Below are positions 39,834 through 48,043 of a stretch of 64,000 nt of DNA, piece by piece. Source of the stretch: Pelagibacteraceae bacterium AG-426-M19 (GTDB lineage: Bacteria > Pseudomonadota > Alphaproteobacteria > Pelagibacterales > Pelagibacteraceae); contig QCNW01000006.1 in NCBI GenBank assembly GCA_003210025.1, forward strand, positions 23,077 to 87,076. The letters run 5' to 3'. Position numbers and translations under genes: made by a program. The notes beneath the pieces are model-generated. The model searched no databases, had not been told where the DNA came from, and saw nothing but the letters and a program-made list of their open reading frames with translations. Position 1 is the first letter of the stretch; each line of letters begins with the position of its first letter.

Positions 39834-39896
39834 TTTGTATTTAATTGCGTCAACTTAATTAAGTTTATTTACAAAAAAATATTATAAAAAATAACT

Positions 39897-40490
39897 ATGA
39901 CATTTGAATTACCAAAACTAGATTATTCTAATGAGGCTTTGTCTCCAATAATGTCACAAGAAACATTAGAATTACATCATGGAAAACATCACCAAACCTA
40001 CATAACAAATCTTAATAATTTTATAAAAGATACAGACATGGCTGAAATGTCATTGGAAGATATAATTATAAAAAGTTCAAAAGATAACTCAAAAGCTGGA
40101 ATATTTAATAATGCAAGCCAGCATTGGAATCATAATCTTTTTTGGAAATGCATGAAACCAAAAGGTGGTGGGAGTATTCCATCAAAACTTGAGAAAAAAA
40201 TTGTTGAAGATTTTGGAAGTGTTGAAAAATTTAAAGATCAATTTAAACAAGCAGGTATAACTCAATTTGGATCAGGTTGGTGTTGGTTATCTTTAAATAA
40301 TGATAAATTAGTTGTAACAAAAACAGCTAATGCAGCAAATCCATTAATAGAAAATATGAAACCAATACTTGGTTGTGATGTTTGGGAACATTCATATTAT
40401 ATTGATTATAGAAACAGAAGACCTGAATATTTAGACAAATTTGTTGAAAGTCTTATTGATTGGGAATTTGTTGAATCCCTTTTAGGTTAG
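39897..40490 (+). CDS. sodB: Superoxide dismutase with Fe-type signature
   Basis: LHHGKHH, FNNASQHWNH (Gln typical of FeSOD), TANAANP rather than NQD, DVWEHSYY. Confidence 0.92.
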   Translation: MTFELPKLDYSNEALSPIMSQETLELHHGKHHQTYITNLNNFIKDTDMAEMSLEDIIIKSSKDNSKAGIFNNASQHWNHNLFWKCMKPKGGGSIPSKLEKKIVEDFGSVEKFKDQFKQAGITQFGSGWCWLSLNNDKLVVTKTANAANPLIENMKPILGCDVWEHSYYIDYRNRRPEYLDKFVESLIDWEFVESLLG

Positions 40491-40505
40491 TTTAAAATAA
40501 AAAAA

Positions 40506-40733
40506 ATGAACAAAGTCAATGCCAGTAAACTCTGGAAAATTATTCAGGAAGCAGGTGACTATTTGGATGGTCAATTACCTGATCACCCAAATCATCCGAA
40601 AGGAAGAAATCCATACGCGCATGTAGCAATATGTGTAAAAAATAAATTTAATGCTAGTTACAAAGATATCGAAGACGATAAATTTAATGAAGTATTAAAT
40701 TTTATCGAAGATATTAAAAACAATCCTAACTAA
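40506..40733 (+). CDS. 75-aa hypothetical protein with His/Pro motif
   Basis: LPDHPNHPKGRNPYAHV; co-oriented 15 bp after sodB. Confidence 0.75.
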   Translation: MNKVNASKLWKIIQEAGDYLDGQLPDHPNHPKGRNPYAHVAICVKNKFNASYKDIEDDKFNEVLNFIEDIKNNPN

Positions 40734-40742
40734 TAAATAAAA

Positions 40743-40802
40743 TTAATCTAAAAATTGTTTATATGCAAAATAAGCTAGAACTAATACAGCTACAACTTCC
40801 AT
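40743..40802 (-). CDS. Micro-ORF B, 19 aa single TM: MEVVAVLVLAYFAYKQFLD
   Basis: Manual translation; SD AAGGAG (40812-40807) then AAAT-ATG; paralogous to micro-ORF A. Confidence 0.72.
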   Translation of the reverse strand: MEVVAVLVLAYFAYKQFLD

Positions 40803-40812
40803 ATTTCTCCTT

Positions 40813-40872
40813 TTAATTAAAACTTCCAGTAGCAAATAATATTATTATTACTAATACTGCCACAGCTTCCAT
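40813..40872 (-). CDS. Micro-ORF A, 19 aa single TM: MEAVAVLVIIILFATGSFN
   Basis: Manual translation; first 8 codons match ORF B with mostly synonymous differences; its stop abuts the SD of ORF B. Confidence 0.68.
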   Translation of the reverse strand: MEAVAVLVIIILFATGSFN

Positions 40873-40878
40873 TAATTT

Positions 40879-40907
40879 CTTGTATAATTTGAAAGGGTTA
40901 ATTTCAA
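40879..40907 (-). promoter_or_regulatory. Candidate promoter and operator for the micro-ORFs
   Basis: TTGAAA (40907-40902), 17 bp, TACAAG (40884-40879), 6 nt, then ATG; overlapping inverted repeat TTGAAA-N7-TTTCAA (40889-40907). Confidence 0.4.
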
Positions 40908-40913
40908 GTAAAT

Positions 40914-41963
40914 TTAATTGAAAATAGTATTCAAAAACTCATCCACTTCACTGTCTTTGGTATTCCAAGCAGTGACTAATCTAACTGTTTTGCCAGTCAA
41001 TTCATCTTTACTCATCATATACTCTTCTGAATTAAGATGTTCGACCATTTTTTTCGGGAGTTTCACAAAAACTTCGTTTGCTTCTGTCGGATATTCTAGT
41101 TTTACTTGATTGCTAGAAACTAAACCATCGCTTAATTTTTTTGCCATTAGATTTGCGTGTCTTGCGTTTTTTAACCAAACATCATTTGTGATATATCCAT
41201 CTAACTGTGCTGAAACAAAACGCATTTTAGACAATAGATGACCAGATCTTTTTAACAAGAATGGTAAATTCCCAACCAATTCCTTTTTAAATATTATTAT
41301 TGCTTCAGCTGCTATACATCCGTTCTTTGTTGCTCCAAAAGATAATATATCAACACCTGATTTCCATGTCATTTCTGCAGGAGTTACATCTAGTGAAACA
41401 AGCGCATTAGCGAACCTAGCGCCATCCATATGTACTTTTAATTTTTTTTTATGTGCAATTTCAGAAATATTTCTAATTTGATCTAAAGTATAAACTTCAC
41501 CAGTTTCTGTTGCTTGAGTTATGCTAACAATAGATGGTTGAGTGTGATGCACAATTCCAAACCCTCCAATATTATCATTTAGCTCATCAACTGTTATTTT
41601 GCCGTCTTTACCTTTCAATGGAACAAGTTTTGCTCCACCTGAATAAAATTCAGGGGCTCCACACTCATCCACATTGATATGAGAAAATTTATGGCAATAA
41701 ATATTTCCAAATGATGGAGATATAGCAGAAAGTGCTAAAGCATTTGATGCGGTTCCTGATACTGTGGGGTAAACAATTACATCTTTTTCAAAAATTTTAG
41801 AAAATTTTTCTTGTAACACACCTGAAATTTCATCATTACCATAAGGTGGGGCAATACCATCATTTGCTTTGATAATTGCATCCAAAACTTCTGGACAAGC
41901 TCCTGTCACATTATCTGAAGCAAATTTTACTCTTTTGCGTTTTGTATTAATTTTTGCGTTCAT
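40914..41963 (-). CDS. ltaE: Low-specificity L-threonine aldolase
   Basis: FASDNVTG, YGND, SHINVDECGAPEF, HMDGARFANA, SFGATKNG (PLP Lys). Confidence 0.9.
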   Translation of the reverse strand: MNAKINTKRKRVKFASDNVTGACPEVLDAIIKANDGIAPPYGNDEISGVLQEKFSKIFEKDVIVYPTVSGTASNALALSAISPSFGNIYCHKFSHINVDECGAPEFYSGGAKLVPLKGKDGKITVDELNDNIGGFGIVHHTQPSIVSITQATETGEVYTLDQIRNISEIAHKKKLKVHMDGARFANALVSLDVTPAEMTWKSGVDILSFGATKNGCIAAEAIIIFKKELVGNLPFLLKRSGHLLSKMRFVSAQLDGYITNDVWLKNARHANLMAKKLSDGLVSSNQVKLEYPTEANEVFVKLPKKMVEHLNSEEYMMSKDELTGKTVRLVTAWNTKDSEVDEFLNTIFN

Positions 41964-41964
41964 T

Positions 41965-43080
41965 TTATTGTTTTGGAAAATAATCTTTTAAAGTACCTTC
42001 TCTATAAACATCGGCTGTACAACAATGAAGGCCTCCACCAAAAGCATAAGCATCTCTCAACTCTACAGGGATAACTTCCATACCTAATTTATCTAACTGT
42101 TCAGCTTGATATTTTTCACTTTTTTCAACGCATACAGTTTTAGGGTCAAGAACTAAAACATTCATTGATAGCCATACTGAAGAGTAACAAAGTGGTGGCG
42201 GGGTATTATGGGCAGGTTGTGCTGCATCAATAATTTCCCATCCATTATCTTCAAATAATTTTCTTTGTTCTTTTGGAAGTCTTCGTTGTGGGTTATTAAT
42301 AATTAATCCCTCTTTAATTGGGGTAAAGGTTGCATCAATATGAATTGGATAAGGATCGCCTGGGAAATTTACAGCATGAACTCTATGATCCTTAAAATGT
42401 CTTTTTATCCAATCAATTCCTTTTAAGTTAGTTGTAAATCCGTGTTGTACAACTAAATCCTTTCCAAATCTTAGAATATCTGCTGCATCAAATAATGGCT
42501 CTTCCTCAGTTGTGACAAAGTATTTATTTTCTGTCCATTCGAGTCTTTTAGTTACACCAATTTTATCTGATAAATAATCTTTTCTATAGTCTGCATCTGT
42601 TAATCTAGGCTTTGGTGCTGACTCATGTCTCATATTTGGATCTTTATTATAATAGTCTTTTAATAATGGTCTGTAACATAGGTACTCAAACCATCTGCAC
42701 CTGTAGCTCATTGTAGCTTCTAATATTTCATTTCCCACAGTTAATAAAACATCTCTAGGTGGCATACATCCAAACATAGTTTCGGCTTTCCAGTCAGGAG
42801 TTGATGTTGGTTGATTAAAATTTAAAGGTGTTGGTCTATCAACTTTTATACCCCTTTTTTCTAGCAAATTTGAGAAGTTATCTAATAGTTCATTAGCTTT
42901 ATCGACAGTGTCCTTAGTTCTTGGACCATAAGTACCTCGCATATCAGAGTCTTCTGGAACTTTAGCATCTAAAGCAGGTTCAGGTGCTGGAATACAAGTA
43001 CCATCTGCTCTTCCAACAATTACATGTTTTAATGGATCCCATTCATTCCAACTATTAACAATCTTATTATTTTGAACCAT
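41965..43080 (-). CDS. Amidinotransferase (AGAT/StrB1-like)
   Basis: VNSWNEWDPLKHVIVG, PRD, FDAAD, IHIDAT, FGGGLHCCT (Asp/His/Cys triad). Confidence 0.88.
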   Translation of the reverse strand: MVQNNKIVNSWNEWDPLKHVIVGRADGTCIPAPEPALDAKVPEDSDMRGTYGPRTKDTVDKANELLDNFSNLLEKRGIKVDRPTPLNFNQPTSTPDWKAETMFGCMPPRDVLLTVGNEILEATMSYRCRWFEYLCYRPLLKDYYNKDPNMRHESAPKPRLTDADYRKDYLSDKIGVTKRLEWTENKYFVTTEEEPLFDAADILRFGKDLVVQHGFTTNLKGIDWIKRHFKDHRVHAVNFPGDPYPIHIDATFTPIKEGLIINNPQRRLPKEQRKLFEDNGWEIIDAAQPAHNTPPPLCYSSVWLSMNVLVLDPKTVCVEKSEKYQAEQLDKLGMEVIPVELRDAYAFGGGLHCCTADVYREGTLKDYFPKQ

Positions 43081-43086
43081 GTAAAT

Positions 43087-43992
43087 TTAATTTAATCCAA
43101 TAAATCTTCTATTAGATTGCATTATCATACTATAATAAAATATAGCTAAAAAAATAAAGAAGCCACCAATAATTGTGTTAGTTGAAGGAATTTCATTTAT
43201 TCCAAGCCATGGAAGCCAAACCCAAAATATTCCTCCTATTACTTCAGTCAAAGACAATAAAGTCAAATCAGCTGCAGGAATATGTTTAGATCCAATTGAA
43301 TAAAGAATTAAACCCATGCAAACAAGTGTTCCATGAGTGGCAAATAATGCTTCATTTTTATTTGAAGATAAGAAATTTGCATCGTTATTTAAAAGCATAA
43401 CTGTTGAAAATAAAAAACAAAATAAGCCTGCTATAGCAACAGTTGTAAACTTGGGAGTTTGTTTTCTCCATCTCAGACTTACTGAAAAAATTGAAAAACC
43501 TAATGCTGATACTAATCCAAATATTAGACCCATTAAAGAATTTTCTCCGGTATTACCGTAGGCCATTACAATTATGCCAAATGCAGCGACTAAAATTGAT
43601 ATCCAAACTGTGATTGATATTTTTTCTTTCAAAAAAAGAAAACCAAGTAGTGCGGTTATAAAAGGCATTGCAGCTAAACATAATAGAGTTACTGCTGCTG
43701 TCGTATTAGTAATTGACCAAATAAAAGTTATCATTGCTGTTCCTAAACCAACACCACCTATAATTCCAGATATACCAATTTTTAAATAATTTTTATAAAA
43801 TGAAATTCCTTCTTCCAAAAATAAGTAAACATTGAGCAATAAAAAAATAACAATACCTCTTGCAAATAAGTATTGCCATGGGACAGTTTCGGGTTGATCT
43901 ATATGTCTTACAACATATGGCCCAAATGACCAAAGTATGCCTGCAAATAAAACTATCGGAATGGCTACTTTAGGATTTTTTAAATCAGGCAT
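43087..43992 (-). CDS. DMT/EamA-family transporter
   Basis: 10 TM; QYLFARG, LLSLTEVIGGIFWVWL..E.P. Confidence 0.88.
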   Translation of the reverse strand: MPDLKNPKVAIPIVLFAGILWSFGPYVVRHIDQPETVPWQYLFARGIVIFLLLNVYLFLEEGISFYKNYLKIGISGIIGGVGLGTAMITFIWSITNTTAAVTLLCLAAMPFITALLGFLFLKEKISITVWISILVAAFGIIVMAYGNTGENSLMGLIFGLVSALGFSIFSVSLRWRKQTPKFTTVAIAGLFCFLFSTVMLLNNDANFLSSNKNEALFATHGTLVCMGLILYSIGSKHIPAADLTLLSLTEVIGGIFWVWLPWLGINEIPSTNTIIGGFFIFLAIFYYSMIMQSNRRFIGLN

Positions 43993-44039
43993 AAATTAAT
44001 TTATTTTTTATAAATTTTTAGTGATAATATTAAATAAAT

Positions 44040-44441
44040 ATGGATTTAGATATAATAAAAATTGCATCCGACACGACTAATAATAAAATATTGAAAGATT
44101 ACACTCATAGATCGAAATATAAAAATAAAACTTGTGGCGATATAATTGAAATGAGAATTAATATTAAGAAAAACATAATACAAGATATTGGGTATCAGAC
44201 AAAGTCCTGTATTTACTGTCAAGCTTCGGCAAGCTTAATATCTCATAAACTTATCAAAAAAAGTAAAAACAAAGTTAATTATTTATTAAAAAATCTTATC
44301 GATTATTTTGAAGATGAAATTAAACCTTTGCCAAAAAATCTAAATAAATTTAATAAATTGTTTAATAAAAAAAATATATCTAGAAAAAACTGTGTATTAA
44401 TGCCATTAATTGCAATTAAGAAACTCAGCATTGATGAATAA
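44040..44441 (+). CDS. IscU/SufU (NifU N-terminal)-like protein
   Basis: TCGD, SCIYCQAS, RKNCV conserved Cys pattern; no LPPVK. Confidence 0.75.
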   Translation: MDLDIIKIASDTTNNKILKDYTHRSKYKNKTCGDIIEMRINIKKNIIQDIGYQTKSCIYCQASASLISHKLIKKSKNKVNYLLKNLIDYFEDEIKPLPKNLNKFNKLFNKKNISRKNCVLMPLIAIKKLSIDE

Positions 44442-44898
44442 TTTAGATATTAAAAAACCTGCTATAGCTGCAATATTCTCTACTTTGACAATTGGAGTTT
44501 TGTCATTGCTTACTTACAAAACGCCTTACGGATTATTTTTGATTGCTTCCTTTGGTTCTACAATGGTTTTGCTTTATGGGTATCCAGAAAGTCCTTTTGC
44601 GAAACCTAAAAATATATTTTTTGGTCATTTTTTAACTTCGCTTGTTGGAGTGATATTTGTGAATTTCGTTCCACTTCCGATATATATTATTATACCTGTC
44701 GCTGTTGGAATAGGTGTCGGACTAATGATCATTCTTAGTGTAACCCACCCTCCTGCAGGAGGAAATCCTATAATTGTGATCATGGGATCAGTTTCTTTTG
44801 AATATTTAATATCCCCAGTTATAAGTGGATCAATTATTGTGATAGTTTTCGGCATAATCTTGAACAAATTTATTGCTAAAAGGAATTACCCAAAATAA
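44434..44898 (+). CDS. HPP-family membrane protein
   Basis: ASFGST, PESPFAKPKN, FGHF, THPPAGG. Confidence 0.88.
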   Translation: MNNLDIKKPAIAAIFSTLTIGVLSLLTYKTPYGLFLIASFGSTMVLLYGYPESPFAKPKNIFFGHFLTSLVGVIFVNFVPLPIYIIIPVAVGIGVGLMIILSVTHPPAGGNPIIVIMGSVSFEYLISPVISGSIIVIVFGIILNKFIAKRNYPK

Positions 44899-44910
44899 AC
44901 ACAATTTGTT

Positions 44911-44988
44911 TGCTAGTCCTATTTAACTTGTGCTAGTCTTTTCAAATAATAATTAATAATTCAGCTTTAAGAAGCTAGTAATAGGAGT
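44911..44988 (+). promoter_or_regulatory. Direct repeats and SD upstream of fdh
   Basis: TGCTAGTC at 44911 and 44931 (20-bp period), GCTAGT at 44974, AGGAGT SD at 44983. Confidence 0.45.
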
Positions 44989-44992
44989 AAAA

Positions 44993-46192
44993 ATGAAAGT
45001 ACTTTGTGTATTGTATGATGATCCAAAAGGAGGAATGCCTAAATCGTATCCTCTGTCGGATTTACCAAAATTAGAGAAATATCCAGATGGAATGACATTG
45101 CCATCGCCTAAAGGGAGAGATTTTACACCAGGTCAATTACTTGGTTGTGTTTCAGGTGAACTTGGTTTGAGAAAGTTTTTAGAGAGTAATGGACACGAGT
45201 TGATTGTTACTAACAGTAAAGATGGAGATGGATGCGAAGCGGATAAACATATTGTTGATGCTGACATTGTTATCTCACAACCATTTTTCCCTTATTATTT
45301 AACTAAAGAGAGAATCGCTAAAGCTAAAAATCTTAAGATGGCAATTACAGCAGGAATAGGTTCTGATCACGTTGATTTGCAAGCAGCAATGGATAATAAA
45401 ATTGATGTTGTTGAAGTAACTTTCTGTAATTCTAGATCAGTTGCTGAACACATAGTAATGATGATTGTTTCAATGGTTAGAGATTATCACAATCAACACA
45501 GAATAGTTAATGAAGGTGGTTGGAATATTGCAGATGCTGTTCAGAGAAGTTATGATGTTGAAGGAATGCATATAGGAACTGTTGCTGCTGGAAGAATCGG
45601 TTTAGATGCACTTAGAAAAATGAAACCGTTTGATGTTCATTTACACTATTTTGATAGACATAAATTACCTGATAGTGTTGAAAAAGAACTAAACTTAACT
45701 TTTCATGAATCTGTGGAGTCTATGGTAAAAGTTTGCGACGTTGTTACAATCAATTGTCCACTTCATCCAGAAACTGAAAATTTGTTTGATGATGAAATGA
45801 TAAGTAAAATGAAAAAAGGGGCGTATATAGTTAACACTGCAAGAGGTAAAATTTGTAATCGAGATGCAATAGCTAAAGCCCTAAAAAGTGGACAGCTAAG
45901 TGGTTACGCAGGTGATGTATGGTTTCCACAGCCTGCTCCAAATGACCATGTATGGAGAACAATGCCAAATCATGGAATGACACCACACACATCTGGGACA
46001 TCTTTATCTGCTCAAGCAAGATATGCAGATGGAGTTAGAGAAATATTGGAATGTTTCTTTGAAGGAAAAGAAATTAGAAATCAATATTTGATTGTAAAAG
46101 ACGGCCAATTAGCAGGAATGGGTGCACATTCTTACAGTAAAGGGTCTGCAACTAGTGGATCGGAAGAAGCTGCTAAATATCAAAAAAAATAA
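44993..46192 (+). CDS. fdh: NAD-dependent, metal-independent formate dehydrogenase
   Basis: GELLG-type GQLLGCVSGELGLR, ISQPF, AGIGSDH, GRIG, YFDRH (NAD-specific Asp), TARG, WFPQP, TPHTSG. Confidence 0.95.
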   Translation: MKVLCVLYDDPKGGMPKSYPLSDLPKLEKYPDGMTLPSPKGRDFTPGQLLGCVSGELGLRKFLESNGHELIVTNSKDGDGCEADKHIVDADIVISQPFFPYYLTKERIAKAKNLKMAITAGIGSDHVDLQAAMDNKIDVVEVTFCNSRSVAEHIVMMIVSMVRDYHNQHRIVNEGGWNIADAVQRSYDVEGMHIGTVAAGRIGLDALRKMKPFDVHLHYFDRHKLPDSVEKELNLTFHESVESMVKVCDVVTINCPLHPETENLFDDEMISKMKKGAYIVNTARGKICNRDAIAKALKSGQLSGYAGDVWFPQPAPNDHVWRTMPNHGMTPHTSGTSLSAQARYADGVREILECFFEGKEIRNQYLIVKDGQLAGMGAHSYSKGSATSGSEEAAKYQKK

Positions 46193-46200
46193 AATAGATT

Positions 46201-46240
46201 TATTAAAGGTATGCTACTTAAAAAGTAGCTACCTTTAATA
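46201..46240 (+). terminator. Intrinsic terminator after fdh
   Basis: TATTAAAGGTA-T-GCTACTT / AAGTAGC-TACCTTTAATA: 18-bp inverted repeat with one bulge. Confidence 0.75.
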
Positions 46241-46277
46241 CCATAGATTTAAACCCTCATTGTTATATATTTTGGAT

Positions 46278-46850
46278 ATGAGGTTATTTTACTACTTTTT
46301 ATTGTTATTTCTTATCTCAACATCATTCTCTCATTCTAAGGATAAGGCATATTTTGCAGGAGGTTGCTTCTGGTGTATGGAGGAGTCCTTTGAAATGTTG
46401 GAAGGTGTAGAAGAAGTTATATCAGGTTACTCAGGAGGAATAACTGCAAATCCAACATATAGGGAAGTCACTTATGGAGATACTGGTCATTTTGAGGTTG
46501 TAGAAATAATTTATGACAAAGAGAAAATATCCTATAAAGAACTCTTAAAAAACTTCTGGCTTAATATTGATCCATTTGATGCTTATGGCCAGTTTTGTGA
46601 TAAAGGATACAGCTACAGATCTGTAGCATTTTATGAAAACGATTATCAAAAAGATTTAATTGAGAAAGATATAAAAAGATTAGAAAAGAAATTTAAAAAG
46701 AAGGTAGTCACATATGTTAAAGAATTTGAGATTTTTTACAAAGCAGAGGATAAACATCAAGATTACTATCAAGTATATTTAGAAAATTATTTAAAATATA
46801 AGAAAGCATGCAAAAGAGAGAGAATACTTGATATTATTTGGGGATCATAA
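46278..46850 (+). CDS. msrA: Methionine-S-sulfoxide reductase with signal peptide (probable start 46278)
   Basis: FAGGCFWCMEE, SGYSGG, GHFEVV, GQFCDKG.SY, AEDKHQDYY. Confidence 0.94.
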   Translation: MRLFYYFLLLFLISTSFSHSKDKAYFAGGCFWCMEESFEMLEGVEEVISGYSGGITANPTYREVTYGDTGHFEVVEIIYDKEKISYKELLKNFWLNIDPFDAYGQFCDKGYSYRSVAFYENDYQKDLIEKDIKRLEKKFKKKVVTYVKEFEIFYKAEDKHQDYYQVYLENYLKYKKACKRERILDIIWGS

Positions 46851-46853
46851 TTA

Positions 46854-47861
46854 ATGTCTGTAACAAGCAAATTTGTAGCTTTAAAAAACTATATCCCAAC
46901 AGGTTTACCAAAAGAAACTGACTTTGAAATAAAAACAAAAGAGATATCTTTAGATACTAAGAACAATATATTGGTTTTAAATTTATGGATTTCAGTTGAT
47001 CCTTATATGAGGGCAAGGATGACTGAAAGAAAAAACTATAAACCACCTTTTAATATTGGTGAAGAGATGGAAGGTTATGCGTTAGGTATAGTTAAAGAGT
47101 CTAAAGACAAAAATTTTAAAGAAGGAGATATTGTTTTTAGTAATTTCGGAATGAGAGATTACTTTGTTTGTAATTCCAATGATATAAAAAAAATTGATCC
47201 AATGAATATTCCTATACAAACATATCTAGGTCCACTAGGAATGACAGGTCATACCGCTTATATAGGACTTTTTAAACATGGTGAATTAAAACCAGGTCAA
47301 ACAATCCTTGTTTCTTCAGCTGGAGGTAGTGTTGGATCCACTGTTTGTCAAATTGCAAAAAATATGGGTTGTAAAGTAATTGCAAGTACAGGATCAGATG
47401 AAAAAGTTAAATGGTTAAAAAATGATTTAAAAATTGATCATGCGTTTAACTATAAAAAAATTGAAAATCTTGTTTTGCATCTTAAAGAAGTTTGTCCTGA
47501 AGGATTTGATTTATATTTTGATAATGTAGGTGGCGATTTCTTAGAGTCAGCTATTTTTCAAATGAAGAACTTTGGAAGAATTGTAATTTGTGGAAGGATA
47601 TCCCAAATGAATGCAACTAATCCTGGCTCTGGTTTAAAAAATATGGCTCATGTTCTTGTAAAAAGACTAACTATTAAAGGTTTTATAATTTTTGATCATG
47701 AAAATGATCGAGAACAGTTTGAAACCGATATGGCTAAATGGCTATTAGAAGATAAAATTAAATTTAAAGAAACTGTTTACGAGGGTATAGAAAATACACC
47801 AAAATCATTCATTGATTTATTAGAAGGTAAAAACATAGGAAAAATGCTTGTAAAAATTTAA
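46854..47861 (+). CDS. NADP-dependent MDR oxidoreductase (CurA/PTGR1-like)
   Basis: SVDPYMRARM, LGMTGHTAYIG, GGSVGS, YFDNVGG, CGRISQ, GKNIGKMLVK. Confidence 0.9.
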   Translation: MSVTSKFVALKNYIPTGLPKETDFEIKTKEISLDTKNNILVLNLWISVDPYMRARMTERKNYKPPFNIGEEMEGYALGIVKESKDKNFKEGDIVFSNFGMRDYFVCNSNDIKKIDPMNIPIQTYLGPLGMTGHTAYIGLFKHGELKPGQTILVSSAGGSVGSTVCQIAKNMGCKVIASTGSDEKVKWLKNDLKIDHAFNYKKIENLVLHLKEVCPEGFDLYFDNVGGDFLESAIFQMKNFGRIVICGRISQMNATNPGSGLKNMAHVLVKRLTIKGFIIFDHENDREQFETDMAKWLLEDKIKFKETVYEGIENTPKSFIDLLEGKNIGKMLVKI

Positions 47862-47872
47862 TTAGAATTTTT

Positions 47873-48043
47873 ATGAAATTTTTAAAGAAGTTTTATAAAC
47901 CCTTTTTATTAACCTATATTTTTTTGAGTATAGCTATCAGTTTTTATCCATCATTTGATTTTTACTCACTAAAAGGTCAAATTCTTATAATTGCAGTATC
48001 TTTTTTTAATGGGATGATGGGAGTTTACGTAAAAAAATTATAA
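47873..48043 (+). CDS. 56-aa two-TM small membrane protein (below ORF-track cutoff)
   Basis: Manual translation MKFLKKFYKPFLLTYIFLSIAISFYPSFDFYSLKGQILIIAVSFFNGMMGVYVKKL; fills the gap exactly, and its stop overlaps the convergent stop in TTATAA. Confidence 0.6.
   Translation: MKFLKKFYKPFLLTYIFLSIAISFYPSFDFYSLKGQILIIAVSFFNGMMGVYVKKL

Noticed and set aside
40743-40872. Reading the micro-ORF repeat as a CRISPR or REP-type DNA repeat
   Set aside because: There are only two units, divergence is codon-structured, and no cas genes or palindromic repeat are present; a coding explanation fits better.
41965-43080. Amidinotransferase as part of a toxin or antibiotic cluster (SxtG, CyrA or StrB-like)
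   Set aside because: No PKS, NRPS or tailoring genes are nearby.
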